DNA of 64,000 nt from Squalus acanthias. Lineage: Eukaryota. The position numbers and the translations under genes are program-made. The stretch covers positions 121,460,001 through 121,524,000 of the forward strand of contig CM059432.1 in NCBI GenBank assembly GCA_030390025.1, written 5' to 3'. Each line of letters begins with the position of its first letter. Positions within the stretch are counted from its first letter, which is position 1. Positions 12,245 through 23,965 of the stretch are shown here, one piece after another. The notes below the pieces were generated by a model. It had not been told where the DNA came from, searched no databases, and worked only from the letters and a program-made list of their open reading frames with translations.

Positions 12245-13441
12245 TTAGCAATGGCAGAAGCCATTTCCACAGCAGGGGCCCTTGAAGCGGCTTGCTATTA
12301 GCCGTTGACGGACGGCCCTTGCAGTTTGACCATTGTGGGCCGCCCTCCCGCCTTGGTGCTGCTGATGATCATCCTCCTCGTCCTCTTCCTCCTCTTCCTC
12401 CTCCTCCTCTGGTGGTGCTCCAAGGCCTGGTGGCATTGGCTGGGTCCTGAGGATTGCCATGTTATGCAACATGCAGCACACGACTACGAAGTTGGATACT
12501 CGCTCAGGCGAGTACTGCAGGGCTCCTCCAGAATGGTCGAGACAGCGGAACCGTTGCTTCAGCATGCCGATTGTGCGCTCAATTATGTTCCTGGTAGCTT
12601 GATGGCTCTCATTGTACCGCAGCTCAGCAGGGGTGTTGGGCGTACGGAGCGGTGTCATCAGCCAGGTGCTCAATGCATACCCCTTGTCCCCGAGAAGCCA
12701 ACCAACTGGCTGATGCGGTGCCTCGAAAAGTTCTGCCACAGTAGTCTGGCGCAGGATAAAAGCATCGTGGCAGCTGCCAGGATAGTGGGCATTGACAGCG
12801 AGTATCAGCTGTCTGTGGTCACAGACCAACTGAACATTCAAGGAATGGAACCCCTTTCTGTTCCGGAATTCCTCGGCATTCTCATGCGGAGCACGCAAAG
12901 CCACATGCGTGCAGTCAATGGCGCCCTGCACCATGGGGAAGTCCGCTACCCTCGCAAAGCCCAGAGCGCGGTCACGCTGCTTGTCTGGGGTCATGGGGAA
13001 AGAGATGAACTCTCGTCTCCTTTTAAAGAGGGCATTTGTGACCTGCCGAATGCAGCAATGCACCGCGAACTGGGAGATATTGGCGAGGTCCCCAGCAGCA
13101 GCTTGAAATGAGCCAGTAGCGTAAAAGTTGAGAGCCACTGTGACCTTCACTGCCACCGACAGAGACGTCCTGGACCTCAGTTGAGGCTGCAGATCTGGCT
13201 GCAGCAGGTGGCAGAGCTCAGTGACCACCTCCTTGCTGAATCGCAGCCTTCGCAAACACAGCTCCTCAGACATATGGATGTAGGAGAGCTGTTCACGATA
13301 TATCCTGGGAGGGTAAGCTCTCCTGTACATACGCCTGTTGGCCCTCCTCCGTCTGGCCATCATTGCCACTCTCTCTCTGCGTCTCTGTATCCTCCGATTC
13401 AGCTGGAGCAGGACGACGCCCCCAATCAGTGCAGCCCCCAT
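12245..13441 (-). CDS. Harbinger (HARBI1-like, DDE_Tnp_4) transposase, 398 aa from ATG 13441
   Basis: Uninterrupted ORF: RLRFSKE, HTH region (YATGSFQ..GDLANISQ), GAIDCTHV (D), NRKGFHSLNVQLVCD, PGSCHDAFIL, LLGDKGY (D), ERTIGMLKQRFRCL (E), CCMLHN, acidic tail. Confidence 0.96.
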   Translation of the reverse strand: MGAALIGGVVLLQLNRRIQRRRERVAMMARRRRANRRMYRRAYPPRIYREQLSYIHMSEELCLRRLRFSKEVVTELCHLLQPDLQPQLRSRTSLSVAVKVTVALNFYATGSFQAAAGDLANISQFAVHCCIRQVTNALFKRRREFISFPMTPDKQRDRALGFARVADFPMVQGAIDCTHVALRAPHENAEEFRNRKGFHSLNVQLVCDHRQLILAVNAHYPGSCHDAFILRQTTVAELFEAPHQPVGWLLGDKGYALSTWLMTPLRTPNTPAELRYNESHQATRNIIERTIGMLKQRFRCLDHSGGALQYSPERVSNFVVVCCMLHNMAILRTQPMPPGLGAPPEEEEEEEEEDEEDDHQQHQGGRAAHNGQTARAVRQRLIASRFKGPCCGNGFCHC

Positions 13442-13635
13442 ATTCTCTTTGCAAGCAAAGTAATGAAGGACAGCAACTAAAGTACCAGCGAAGTTAGGAT
13501 CAGTAGGCAAAACTACCTCACAAAGCGTTGAGTCAATGCAGAAGTCTCTCTTTCTCTCTCTCCGAATCTCTCTCTCTCTCTCAGAACGAGTGGTGCAAAA
13601 ATGTCGACCACAGAAAAAGACAGGAAGAGGCCCCC

Positions 13636-13780
13636 TTTAAATAGCACCCCCCCCAGCCCCACAGCGATTGATAGTGTTCCAGTCTTCCGGTCGTTGGATG
13701 CGCCAGGCGGTAAGGCAGGGGGCGCCACTCAATTTCCGCTCCGGGGCGCCACAAGGGCATTGCACCATGGAATGACGTCA
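13636..13780 (-). promoter_or_regulatory. Putative transposase promoter: TATA-like TATTTAAA (13636-13643) and a full CRE palindrome TGACGTCA (13773-13780)
   Basis: Motifs lie about 200-340 bp upstream of ATG 13441. Both are retained in the MITE-A copies (CRE at 2361-2368 and 20737-20744). Function is inferred. Confidence 0.5.
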
Positions 13781-14689
13781 CAATCTGCGCGCGCAGGTGG
13801 TCGCAGCGGTAAGTTTTAGCGCCGCCGCACAATCTCTAGTTAAGTTCCCGAGCGGCGCAAACATCGCTGCGCCCGGGCATTAACGGCTTTGCGCCCCATT
13901 AGCGCCCTCTTAAGGCGCTAACGGGAGGCGCAACCAACTGAATTTTTACCCCTATGTTTCTATGTTTATGTTTCTATGGAATCTTGCTGTGCACTAATTA
14001 GTTGCCATGTTTCCTTATGTGGCAGCAGTGATCACATTTTAAATCTAGAATCTGTGAAGTGCTTTAAGTTGTTTCTCAGGGGCATGATGCAGTGCTACGT
14101 AAACACACGTCTCTCTTTTTAGACTGGAAGGTTCACAGAGGTGCCTGGAGAAATGAATGAAATGTGAAGAATTCACGATGAAACCCTCATTCATTTACTG
14201 AATACAATTAGACATCCATCTCTGGGCAACGCCAGAAATAATCTCTTCCAGCAGCTTAGATGGACTCTGTGGCAGACAAAAAGGAAATCCAGAGAGCTGT
14301 AGTTTGCCATTGATGCATTTAGTGGAGGGGAAAGAAACACAGATATCTGCCCAAATCCAATTTAATATTGTAATGGAAATAGATTGAAACATTGACTGAA
14401 GATTCCCTGCATCATGTTTGAGAGTGTTAGTGACAGATTATTTTTTAGAAATTGGTTCCATCAAAGAAATGCCCATTGTTTTTAACATTCAACATGCGGC
14501 CACTTCTGCCACAATTATGCAGAAATCCAGGTTAGCTACATCATGCATACTTGTCCAGGAGTACAAAACTAAGCAGAACAACAGCATGGTGTACACATCA
14601 GCACTGGTGGTGACACACAGGGTACTGGGAAAATTTTAATTAAGATTGCGTAATTCCTCCCTGAAATGTTCTCTGTAAAGTACTGAATC

Positions 14690-15150
14690 AGGTGTGCGGC
14701 TTGCTCGCCTCTGGTAGCATGCTTGCCTCTGAGTCAGAGATTGTGGATTCAAGCTCCACTCCAGAGACATCAATCAGGGAAAAGAAGTTGGAGAAAGTTG
14801 AGCATTAAATCTAGGCTGACACTCCAGTGCAGTTCTGAGGGAGTGCTGCACTGTTGGAGGTGCCGTCTTTCAGATGAGACGTTAAACCGAGGCCACTTCT
14901 GTCCGCTCAGTTGGACATAAAAAATCGAAGAAGAGCAGGGGAGTTCCCTTGGTGTCCTGGCCAATATTTATCCCTCATCCAACGTCACTAAAAAACCGAT
15001 TATCTGGTCGTGTTATCTCATTATTATTGTTGGGACCATGCTGTGTGCATTACATGAGTGACTACACTTACAAAGTACTTCATTGGCTGCAAAACGCTTT
15101 GGGACATCCTGAGATCATGAAAGGCGCTATATAAATGCACGTCTTTTCCT
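14690..15150 (+). mobile_element. Deu-domain SINE (tRNA head, L2-like tail)
   Basis: TGGTAGCA..CTTGCCTCTGAGTCAGA..GGATTCAAG head; GGAGGTGCCGTCTTTCAGATGAGACGTTAAACCGAGG core; GAAAGGCGCTATATAAATGC tail. Confidence 0.9.
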
Positions 15151-17119
15151 TTCCTTTCAAAATTTTCTGAAAAATGATGCTGTTAATCTTTGATACAATA
15201 GGGGTAATCTTATGAGTTTGTGCTCTGATATACAGCTTTGAGTGACAGGAGTGCATATGGGGAATTCATTTCAATGGACATCAAATTGTGTGGGCCGCAG
15301 TTTAGGTGCACTGACCACCATGCTTAAATTCCTGATATGTGCTCCCATCACCTACTAGGCCAAGAACAAACTTGTAAAACTGTCCTTTATCAACTAATCT
15401 TTCTCCTTTAATGTGTTCTGATCATATTTATGATCAAACACTTTTCAGTTCCTAGTAGTTTAATCAATTCTGATCCCTGATGTGAGGAAAAATAAACGGT
15501 TGTCTGTTTTCCTTTTTCTGCGAGGTAGTTGCTAGGCTTACGATTATATACCTGACATCATCCGACCTGATACTCATGAGTACGGGTGAACATGGTGACC
15601 AGCTGATTACTGAAGGAGTAATCTCTCTCGGACACTACTTTTAAAACCAGAATTCTCATTTCACTTCGTACCAAAACACGAGTTCTGAAATGTGAGTTGT
15701 TCATTCAACTATACTGCCCAGCAAATCTCTTTGTTACAGAACGGAGCAAAGAGGACTCTGGATTTAAGATAATGGTAGCTAACACTTCTGTTAAATGGGG
15801 ATACGTCTGGATTCCTTGACATTATAAACATCCTTCTTATTTCATGGATTAAATGCTTTAATTTGTATCTTAACTCAATAGGACAGCGATAAACAAGTAC
15901 AATCAGTCAGTGTGAAATATTGTTGTGTTTTTAACCAACGCATGATTGCTTACAGTACTCCACAGCCTCAAGCTACAGCACAATGTTGTGTGCTTATTGC
16001 ACTCATTAGTAATATAATGGCTCTCACAGAGACCCATCAAAATGCTATACGTAACATTATTTTTTAGGGGACTTACAATTTCCCCCCTCCATTACCTGCA
16101 GATCAGCCAGGATCTAATTGAATGGCAGAGCAAGCCTGAGGGGCTGAATGGCCCACTCCTTTTCCTAATGTTACTATATTGCTCTGTAGTCTGCTCAGCC
16201 ATGTGCTGCCATGCTAAAAGCTGCAAAAGCAGCCCAAGGAAAACCATCCCTCTGATTTGCCCTCTCTCCACAGTGGTGTGATAAACATGAGGAATTTTAA
16301 ATGGCATGGGTGTTGAACATGAATCCCACTATTCAGTGACACTGCAAATTGGTGTTCCAATGTGTGACCTGTTAGAAGTTTTTTTTAAAACCCATCTTTG
16401 AATAAATCAGAAAATCAAACACTAAAATATAAATCAGAGATAACTGGCATGGCAAAGTGTGGTTTCGCTGTGTAACTGTGGCCTTAGTTATGTTTGCACT
16501 GAGCAATTACCTGGAACAACGTGAGAACTGGTATCGGGGACACAAGAAAAACGGCAAACGTGGAGGCATTTTGAGAGAGAGATAGAGAGAGCTGGGCAGA
16601 TCAGCACAAACAAGAACTGTCAGCACAGTTAAATGCAGCACAATGTGTCGGACAACTAGGAATACAACAGCATGTTCTTAAATAACGACTGTGAATCTCT
16701 AAAAAATTAAACATCATGTAAGGCAACATCTAAAATATGGCCATGTATAAGGCTAGGATCATGAAAAATCGAATTAAGTGCTTAATACTTGTAATGCTGG
16801 TATTATTTGAATTCATGTGATGTGGTGCCTCAAGCTTGCTCTTTTATTGTCATTATGTTAAATGTGATTGAAATGGTTAGATCTCCTCCAATTTTCTGTT
16901 TAAGTAGTTTTCATCAATTATCTTGACTAAATTGTAGTTTACAAATATCAAAAAATATTTTTATTCTGCAACCCACACCCCACTCCTGTCATTTAAAAAA
17001 ATATATTGCAGCCTTTGGTAAGGTTTGTAAAGAACTTCCTCAAATGTTCAATTTGAATCCTGTCGGGTTTCTTTTTCTTTGTGGAGAAGTTTTAGTTAAG
17101 GAGAAGCTCGACTATACTA

Positions 17120-17520
17120 ATAAGAACATAAGAACATAAGAAATAGGAGCAGGAGTAGGCCAATCGGCCCCTCGAGCCTGCTCCGCCATTCAATAAGATC
17201 ATGGCTGATCTGATCCTAACCGCCAATCTACTATCTATCACAGAACCATCTCCTGCATCTAACAGAATTGCACACACGAAATAGGAGCAGAATCAGGCTA
17301 CACAGTCCCTGGGCCCGCTCCACTACCCACAGGGCCATGACCGATCCGAACCTAGACTCATGTCCAAATTCCTGCCCGCTCCCCGTAACCCTTAATGCCC
17401 TTTACTTCTAGGAAACTGTCTATTTCTGTTTTAAATTTAATTAATGTTGTAGCTTCTACAGCTTTTTGTGGCAGCATATTCCATGGACCTACCACCCTCT
17501 GAGTGAAGTAGTTCCTCCTC
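17120..17520 (-). mobile_element. CR1 3' end fragments (two 3'UTR-like segments) with (ATAAGAAC)n tail
   Basis: AGAACATAAGAACATAAGAAATAGGAGCAGGAGTAGGCC; a second GAAATAGGAGCAG segment near 17278; end of ORF2 near 17480-17520. Confidence 0.8.
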
Positions 17521-17562
17521 AAGCTCTTTGTCCTCTGCTACAAAAATGTGCCTCAGCCGCCA

Positions 17563-18027
17563 GAAAGAATTGCATTTATATAGCGCCTATCACAACCAGC
17601 GCACGTCCCAAAGTGCTTTACAGCCAATGTAGTACTTTTTGAAGTGTAGTCACTGTTGTAATGTAGGAAATGCAGCAGCCAATTTGTGCACAGCAAGCTC
17701 CCACAAACAGCAATGTGATAATGACCAGATAACCTGTTTTAGTGCTGTTGATTGAGGGATAAATATTGGCCAGGACACCGGGGATAACTTCCCATGCTCT
17801 TCTTCGAAATAGTGCCATTGGATCTTTTACATCCACCTGAGAGAGCAGACAGGGCCTCGGTTTAAAGTTCCATCCGAAAGACAGCACCTCCAACAGTGCA
17901 GCACTCCCTCAGTACTGCACTGGAGTGTCAGCCTAGATTGTTGTGCTCAAGTGTCTGGAGTGGGACTTGAACCCACAACCTTCGAACTCAGAGGTGAGGC
18001 TGCTACCCACTGAGCCATAGCTGACAC
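17563..18027 (-). mobile_element. Deu-domain SINE, full length
   Basis: Reverse complement of the SINE consensus, from the TGTCAGCTATGGCTCAGTGGGTAGCA head to the GCGCTATATAAATGCAA tail. Confidence 0.92.
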
Positions 18028-20023
18028 ATTTCAGAAGAGCTCCACTTACTCCAATATTGCCCAGTCTATCTCCCACATCTGAGATGACCAATGTCGTGCC
18101 AGCTGCATTGTGGGAATTTTTTGTGTGCTGTGAACCTAAATATACTAGAAACTGAGTTGAGATTCTGGGATTTTCACAAATGGGAGAGAGACCTTCACAT
18201 CAGTCTCAGCTGTGTCAATCCCAGGTCCCAGCGGTGAAAGGACAGTACATTTATCCACTCTACCACTAAGATCCCTATTACAGTAACCTTTAAATTTGTT
18301 AATAAATCTCCAACAATTACTGACAAGGAGAGAACATATAAAAATAAGAACATTGACTAAGTTTTATCTGAATATTTTTGTCTCCCTAAGTTGAGCTGGA
18401 AGATTGATTTTAGATTGAGGAGAATAGTTTATGCTTAACTGGAATACAAATGATAACACAGTGAAGCCCATTTATTTCCAATTTATATAATCTAGGAATT
18501 ACTAAACAAATCAAGTATCCTTGCTAGTTTCAGACTAGTTGCTAATATTCCAAACATTCACATCAGTTTCATTCATCAACTGGATCCAATGATAACTAAT
18601 TAGATTCAAATCATTGCCCACATTAATAAGGCTACTGTGCCAAGTTGGAGATAGAGAGAAAACCTGATATAAATGGGAGTTATTTTCAAAATACAATGAT
18701 ATTCATTCAATAACAAATTTATGCAGAACATTAAAACTGATGGGTAGACTATACAAGCATTTATCAAAGCACGATGCGTTACTATGCATCTCCAATCTTT
18801 TCAGTCCTGTGGCAGGCCCTCACTCAGTTTGGTAACCCACCTATGTATGTCAGCAAAAGAAAAGGGATGCTGACTCCTTAATACCACAAGAACATACACA
18901 ACAGTGATTTTTCCTTTGTGATTTAAGCGCACTAAAGGGTCACAGATAGGTTGTTCGACATCTGTGAGCTAATGTATATTCGACAGAAATCTTCTGTAAA
19001 CTGAAAAATGTGCACCTGATCTTTTAACCTTCAGCTCTCTGGAGTACTGCACCTGTCAAGCCAGATAGCAATTCACAACTCAAATCAGCAACTTCTAATC
19101 CTGCTTAAGCTGCAGACATTCTTCTGTGTCTTCACTGAATAAGTGTCTTGTCATTTCTGAGATATACTGGGGAATACAATAACAAAATGTCTCTCTAACG
19201 AATTAGCCAGTCGCCCCATTTGCTAACTTAATAAATGAGTTGTCCATGATAGAACATCACAGTAGTCTAATGCCATTCCGTAGTGATCATCTCATATGAG
19301 CTGCTGATAGTGACAACAAGGTCAAAATAATAGTCACAATAGTGATCAAATTCGTAACAGGAGTTGTTGATACAAAAAATAACACAGCTGGATTTGTTTT
19401 GTGATTTTGTTTTTGTGCTTAACATGGTAGCACTGTGAAATAAAACCTATTCCAATTCAAGCACCCAGTATCAGCTTGAAGCACACTTAGCTGAGGTGAA
19501 GCACAGTCAGCTCCAATAACGTCCCCCGGCACTAACCTCACCAGACACTCTCCATTACACCAGCGCGCGCACTTATGTATGTTTAATTGAGATAGGAAGG
19601 AATTGATGGATATCTTATGTTTTTATGTGGATAATCTAGATTGTCACCATTTTAACCCTGCAGTTTTTTAGTCGGCCAAGGCTACCACCAGAGACAGGCA
19701 GGGGCCTCATGAATACATGCAAATTAGAGTCTTAGCACACAATTAGGACCCCGAGGGTATTTTAGTGCAAAATCACAGCAGCCCCGCTCAGCACCCAACC
19801 TAGCAGTAAAACCGAGCGGGATTGGTTTCTCGGAACGACTGACGCAAATTTAAAGGGGCTCTCACCTGCAGGCAATTAGATTGATGTACCATTGTGCTGT
19901 TGCAATTACCAGGAGAGTATCCAGCTTCTAGATTGTTTATTTCTGGTATGTTTTGCCTTTCTTACCTTCAGTAAGCTCTATCGGCTTGTAATGAGTGTCA
20001 GCCGTGGCCCAGTTAGAGTCATT

Positions 20024-20916
20024 GGGGGAAAAATTAGGTCGCGCCCCATTTGGGGCGCAAATATCGTCTGGACGCAAATATTAGCGCCTGGCGCTAATTA
20101 TCGGCACTGACTGGAAACTTCACTTTTACCGCCCCGGGAGGTGAGTGGAGCGCTAAATCAGGCGCTGCACACCTGTCTTAAGGCGCAAAGGCCAAGGAGT
20201 GAGGCGTTACCTCAGAGCGCTGGCGAAGCTCATGTAATGTCAGTCAGCAATGGAACACACACACAATGGCACGAGCCAGTTCTTAAAGGGGATGGTTAAT
20301 CTTGCTTTCCATCCACATCCTGTTCATTGCAGCCTTGAATCTCGGCCTGGAGAGACTTGCACATCAAATGTGCTGGAAAGAACAATGGAGAGTACCAGGC
20401 AAAGAGCTCAGAGTGCAGCTCCCACAGTCTCTGCTAAATCGATACAAGGAATGGCAAATCAAAATGAACCTGCAAAGTGCTGCTCAGTACCCAAAACTCC
20501 TTCACACAACGTTGAATCTCTCCAGAAGTCTCTCCCTCTCGCTCTCAGAATGTGTAGTTCAAAAATGCCACCAACAATAAAAGACAGGAAGAGGCCCCCT
20601 TTAAATAGCGCCCCCCCCAGCCCCACAGCGATTGATAGCGTTCCAGTCTTCTGGTCGTTGGTTGCGCCAGGCGGTAAGGCAGGGGGCGCCACTCAATTTC
20701 CGCTCCGGGGCGCCACAAGGGCGTTGCACCATGGAATGACGTCACAATCTGCGCGCGCAGGTGGTCGCAGCGGTAAAGTTTAGCGCCGCCGCACAATCTC
20801 TAGTTAAGTTCCCGAGCGGCGCAACCATCGCTGCGCCCGGGCGTTAGCGGCTTTGCGCCCCATTAGCGCCCTCTTAAGGTGCTAACGGGAGGCGCAACCA
20901 ACTGAATTTTTACCCC
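20024..20916. mobile_element. MITE-A copy 2 (893 bp), same orientation as the full-length Harbinger
   Basis: TIRs GGGGGAAAAATT / AATTTTTACCCC; TSD ATT/ATA (one mismatch); inserted into the AGAGTCATAGAG tail of the adjacent CR1. Confidence 0.95.
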
Positions 20917-23325
20917 ATAGAGTTATACAGCACAAAAAGAGGCCCTTAGGCCCATCGTGTCCGCGTCGGCCATCAAGCCCTATCTATTCTAATCCCATTT
21001 TCCAGCACTTGGTCCGTAGCCTTGTATGCTATGGCGTTTCAAGTGCTCATCTAAATGCTTCTTGAATGTTGTGAGGGTTCCTGCCTCTACCACCCTTTCA
21101 GGCAGTGAGTTCCAGATTCCAACCACCCTCTGGGTGAAAAAGTTTTTCCTCAAATCCCCTCTAAACCTCCTGCCCCTTACCTTGAAACTATGCCCCCTGG
21201 TTATTGACCCCTCTACTAAGGGGAAAAGTTCCTTTCTATCTACCCTATCTATGCCCCTCATAATTTTGCACACCTCAATCAGGTCCCCCCTCAGCCTTCT
21301 CTGCTCTAAGGAAAACAACCCCAGCCTGTCCAGTCTCTCTTCATAGCTGAAGCGCTGCAGCCCAGGTAACATCCTGGTGAATCTCCTCTGCACCCTCTCC
21401 AATGCAATCACATCCTTCCTATAGTGTGGCGACCAGAACTGCACACAGTATTCCAGCTGTTGCCTAACTAGCGTTTTGTACAGCTCCATCATAACCTCCC
21501 TGCTCTTATATTCTATGCCTCGGCTAATGAAGGCAAGTATCCCATATCCCTTTTTAACCACCTTATCTACCTGTCCTGCTGCCTTCAGGGATCTATGTAC
21601 ATGCACGCCAAGGTCCCTCTGATCCTCTGTCCTTCCTAGGGTCCTACCATTCATTGTGTATTCCCTTGCCTTGTTAGTCCTCCCAAAATGCATCACCTCA
21701 CACTTTTCAGGGTTAAATTCCATTTGCCACTGTTCTGCCCATCTGACCAACACGTCTATATCGTCCTGTAGCCTGAGGCTTCCCTCCTCGCTATTTACCA
21801 CTCCACCAATTTTCGTGTCATCTGCGAACTTACTGATCATACCTCCTACATTCATATCTAAATCATTAATGTACACTACAAACAGCACCGATCCCTGTGG
21901 TACACCACTGGACACAGGCTTCCAGTCACAAAAGCAACCTTCGACCATCACCCTCTGCCTCCTGCCACTAAGCCAATTTTGGATCTAATGTGCCAAATTG
22001 CCTTGGATCCCATGGACTCTTACCTTCTTGACCAGTCTCCCATGCGGGACTTTGCCAAAAGCATTACTGAAGTCCATGTAGACTACATCAACCGCACTAC
22101 CCCCATCCACACACCTAGTCACCCCCTCAAAAAATTCAATCAAATTGGTTAGACATGATCTCCCCCTGACAAAGCCATGCTGACTATCCTTGATTAATCC
22201 TTGCCTCTCCAAGTGGAGACTAATTCTGTCCCTCAAAATTTTTTCCAATAATTTCCCTACCACTGATGTTAGGCTCACTGGCCTGTAATTCCCTGGTTTA
22301 TCCCTACTACCCTTCTTGAATAATGGTACTACGTTAGCTGTCCTCCAGTCCTCTGGCACCTCCCCTGTGGCCAGAGAGGTTCTGAAAATTTGTGTCAGAG
22401 CCCCTGCAATCTCCTCCCTTGCCTCACACAGCAGCCTGGGATACATCTCGTCTGGGCCTGGGGATTAATCCACTTTTAAGCCGGCTAAAACCGCTAGTGC
22501 CTTCTCCCTCTCAACGCTAATTTGTTCAAGTGTATCACAATCCCCTTGCCTGATTTCTATGCCTACATCGTCCTTCTCCATAGTGAACACAGATGCCAAC
22601 TATTCATTTAAAACCTCACCTACATCTTCCGGTTCTACACACAGATTGCCACTTTGGTCCTTAATGGGCCCTACTCTTTCCCTGGTTATCCTCTTGCCCT
22701 TAATATACTTATAAAACACCTTGGGATTTTCCTTTATTTTACCCGCCAATGTTTTTTCATGCCCCCTCTTCGCTCTCCTAATTTCTTTTTTAAGTACCCC
22801 TCTGCACTTTCTATACTCCTCTAGGGCTTCCATTGTTTTTAGTCCTTTGTATCTGCCAAAGCCTCCCTTTTTTTCCTAATCCATTCCTGGATATCCCTTG
22901 ACATCCAGGGTTCCCTGGACTTGTTGGTCCCACCCTTGACCTTTACGGGAGCATGTTGGCGCTGTACTCTCTCTATTTCCTTTCTGAATGACTCCCACTG
23001 CTCTGATGTGGATTTTCCTACAAGTAGCTGATCCCAGTCCACTTTGGCCAGATCCTGCCTTATCATATTAAAATCGGCCTTCCCCCAATTTAGAACCTTT
23101 ATTTCCGGTACATCTTTGTCCTTTTCCATGACTACCTTAAATCTCACCAAATTATAGTCACTGTCACCAAAATGCTCGCCTACTGCCACTCCTACCACTT
23201 GCCCGGCTACATTCCCTAGAATTAGGTCCAGTACCGCCCCCTCTCTTGTAGGACTTTCTACATGCTGGCTCAAAAAGCTCTCCTGGATGCACTTTAAGAA
23301 TTCCGCACCCTCTAAGCCTTTCACA
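20917..23325 (-). mobile_element. CR1 LINE, 5' truncated, ORF2 broken by stops/indels
   Basis: ORFs 22839-23324, 22600-22833, 21985-22446 and 20989-21951 (SGVPQGSVL, KFADDTK, LERVQRRFT, NFFTQRVV.IWNSLP), plus 3'UTR. Confidence 0.96.
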
Positions 23326-23326
23326 T

Positions 23327-23790
23327 TCTGGTCACACCCTCGACTCGTGAGTCAGTGAAGGTTGTGGGTTCAAGCCCCACTCCAGCGACTTGAGCACAAA
23401 AATCTAGGCTGACACTCCATTACAGCGCTGCACTGTCGAAGGGGCTGTCTTTCGGGTGAGACGTTAAACCGAGGCCCTTGTCTGCCCTCTCAGGTGGACA
23501 TAAAAGATCCTGTGGCACTATTCCGAAGAAGAGCATGGGAGTTATACCTAGTGTCCTGACCAATATTTTTATCCCTCAATCAATATTACTAAACAAAAAA
23601 AAACACAGATTATCTGGTCATTTTCACATTGCTGTTTGTGGGAGCTTGCTGTGTGCAAATTGGCTGCCACGTTTCCTACATTACAACAGTGACTACACTT
23701 TAAAGGTACTTCATTGGCTGTAAAGTGCTTTGGGACGTCCTGAGGTCATGAAAGGCACTAAAGAAATGCAAGTCTTTATTTTTCTTTTAT
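23327..23790 (+). mobile_element. Deu-domain SINE whose first ~22 bp (GTGTCAGCCGTGGCCCAGTT) lie at about 19993-20014, split by the CR1+MITE
   Basis: The SINE head continues at about 23330 (GAGTCAG.GAAGGTTGTGGGTTCAAGCCCCACTCC); complete core and tail. Confidence 0.88.
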
Positions 23791-23965
23791 TACTGTCAGC
23801 TGCATGTTGATGGAGGAAGAGTTGAAGGAAGTGCAGCCTAAGCAACCAATAGCTGCTGGGCCTGTTAGAAGACAACAGTGGGGGAGCTGTTTATAGGTGG
23901 CCATACCAAGCACATATTATGGATTTATATAGGCTTATCATTAGCTCTTGGCTTTTATATTCCAT

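Larger units (their letters stand above)
9685..13952. mobile_element. Full-length PIF/Harbinger DNA transposon (4,268 bp) with convergent transposase and Myb-like genes
   Basis: TIRs GGGGGAAAAATT / AATTTTTACCCC (11/12 match); TSD TAT (9682-9684 and 13953-13955); CpG-rich subterminal GGCGC[T/A]AA repeats; two-gene layout typical of the superfamily. Confidence 0.97.
9385..14120 (+). mobile_element. Deu-domain SINE split by a CR1 3' micro-fragment (about 9655-9684 plus 13953-13978), which is itself split by the Harbinger
   Basis: SINE body at about 9385-9652 resumes at about 13978 (GGAATCTTGCTGTGCAC...). The CR1 tail AATGGCCTACTCCTGCTCCTA..TTCTAT|GTTTCTATG flanks the transposon. Confidence 0.75.

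Noticed and set aside
12305..13111. 268-aa ORF antisense to the transposase
   Set aside because: Shadow frame with a TTG start; its hydrophobic run is just the complement of the poly-Glu codons.
12245..13441. Host HARBI1 gene
   Set aside because: Enclosed by TIRs and a TSD with a Myb partner and MITEs, so it is a transposon rather than the domesticated gene.
16470..16880. Possible third solo LTR (TGTAAC start, GA-rich tract)
   Set aside because: No matching ..TACA end with a TSD could be found.
20250..20783. 177-aa and 162-aa ORFs in the MITE-A copies (also 2366-2854)
   Set aside because: They span promoter/UTR DNA and the deletion junction, have different C-termini in the two copies and show no recognisable domain. 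Similarity reflects recent copying.
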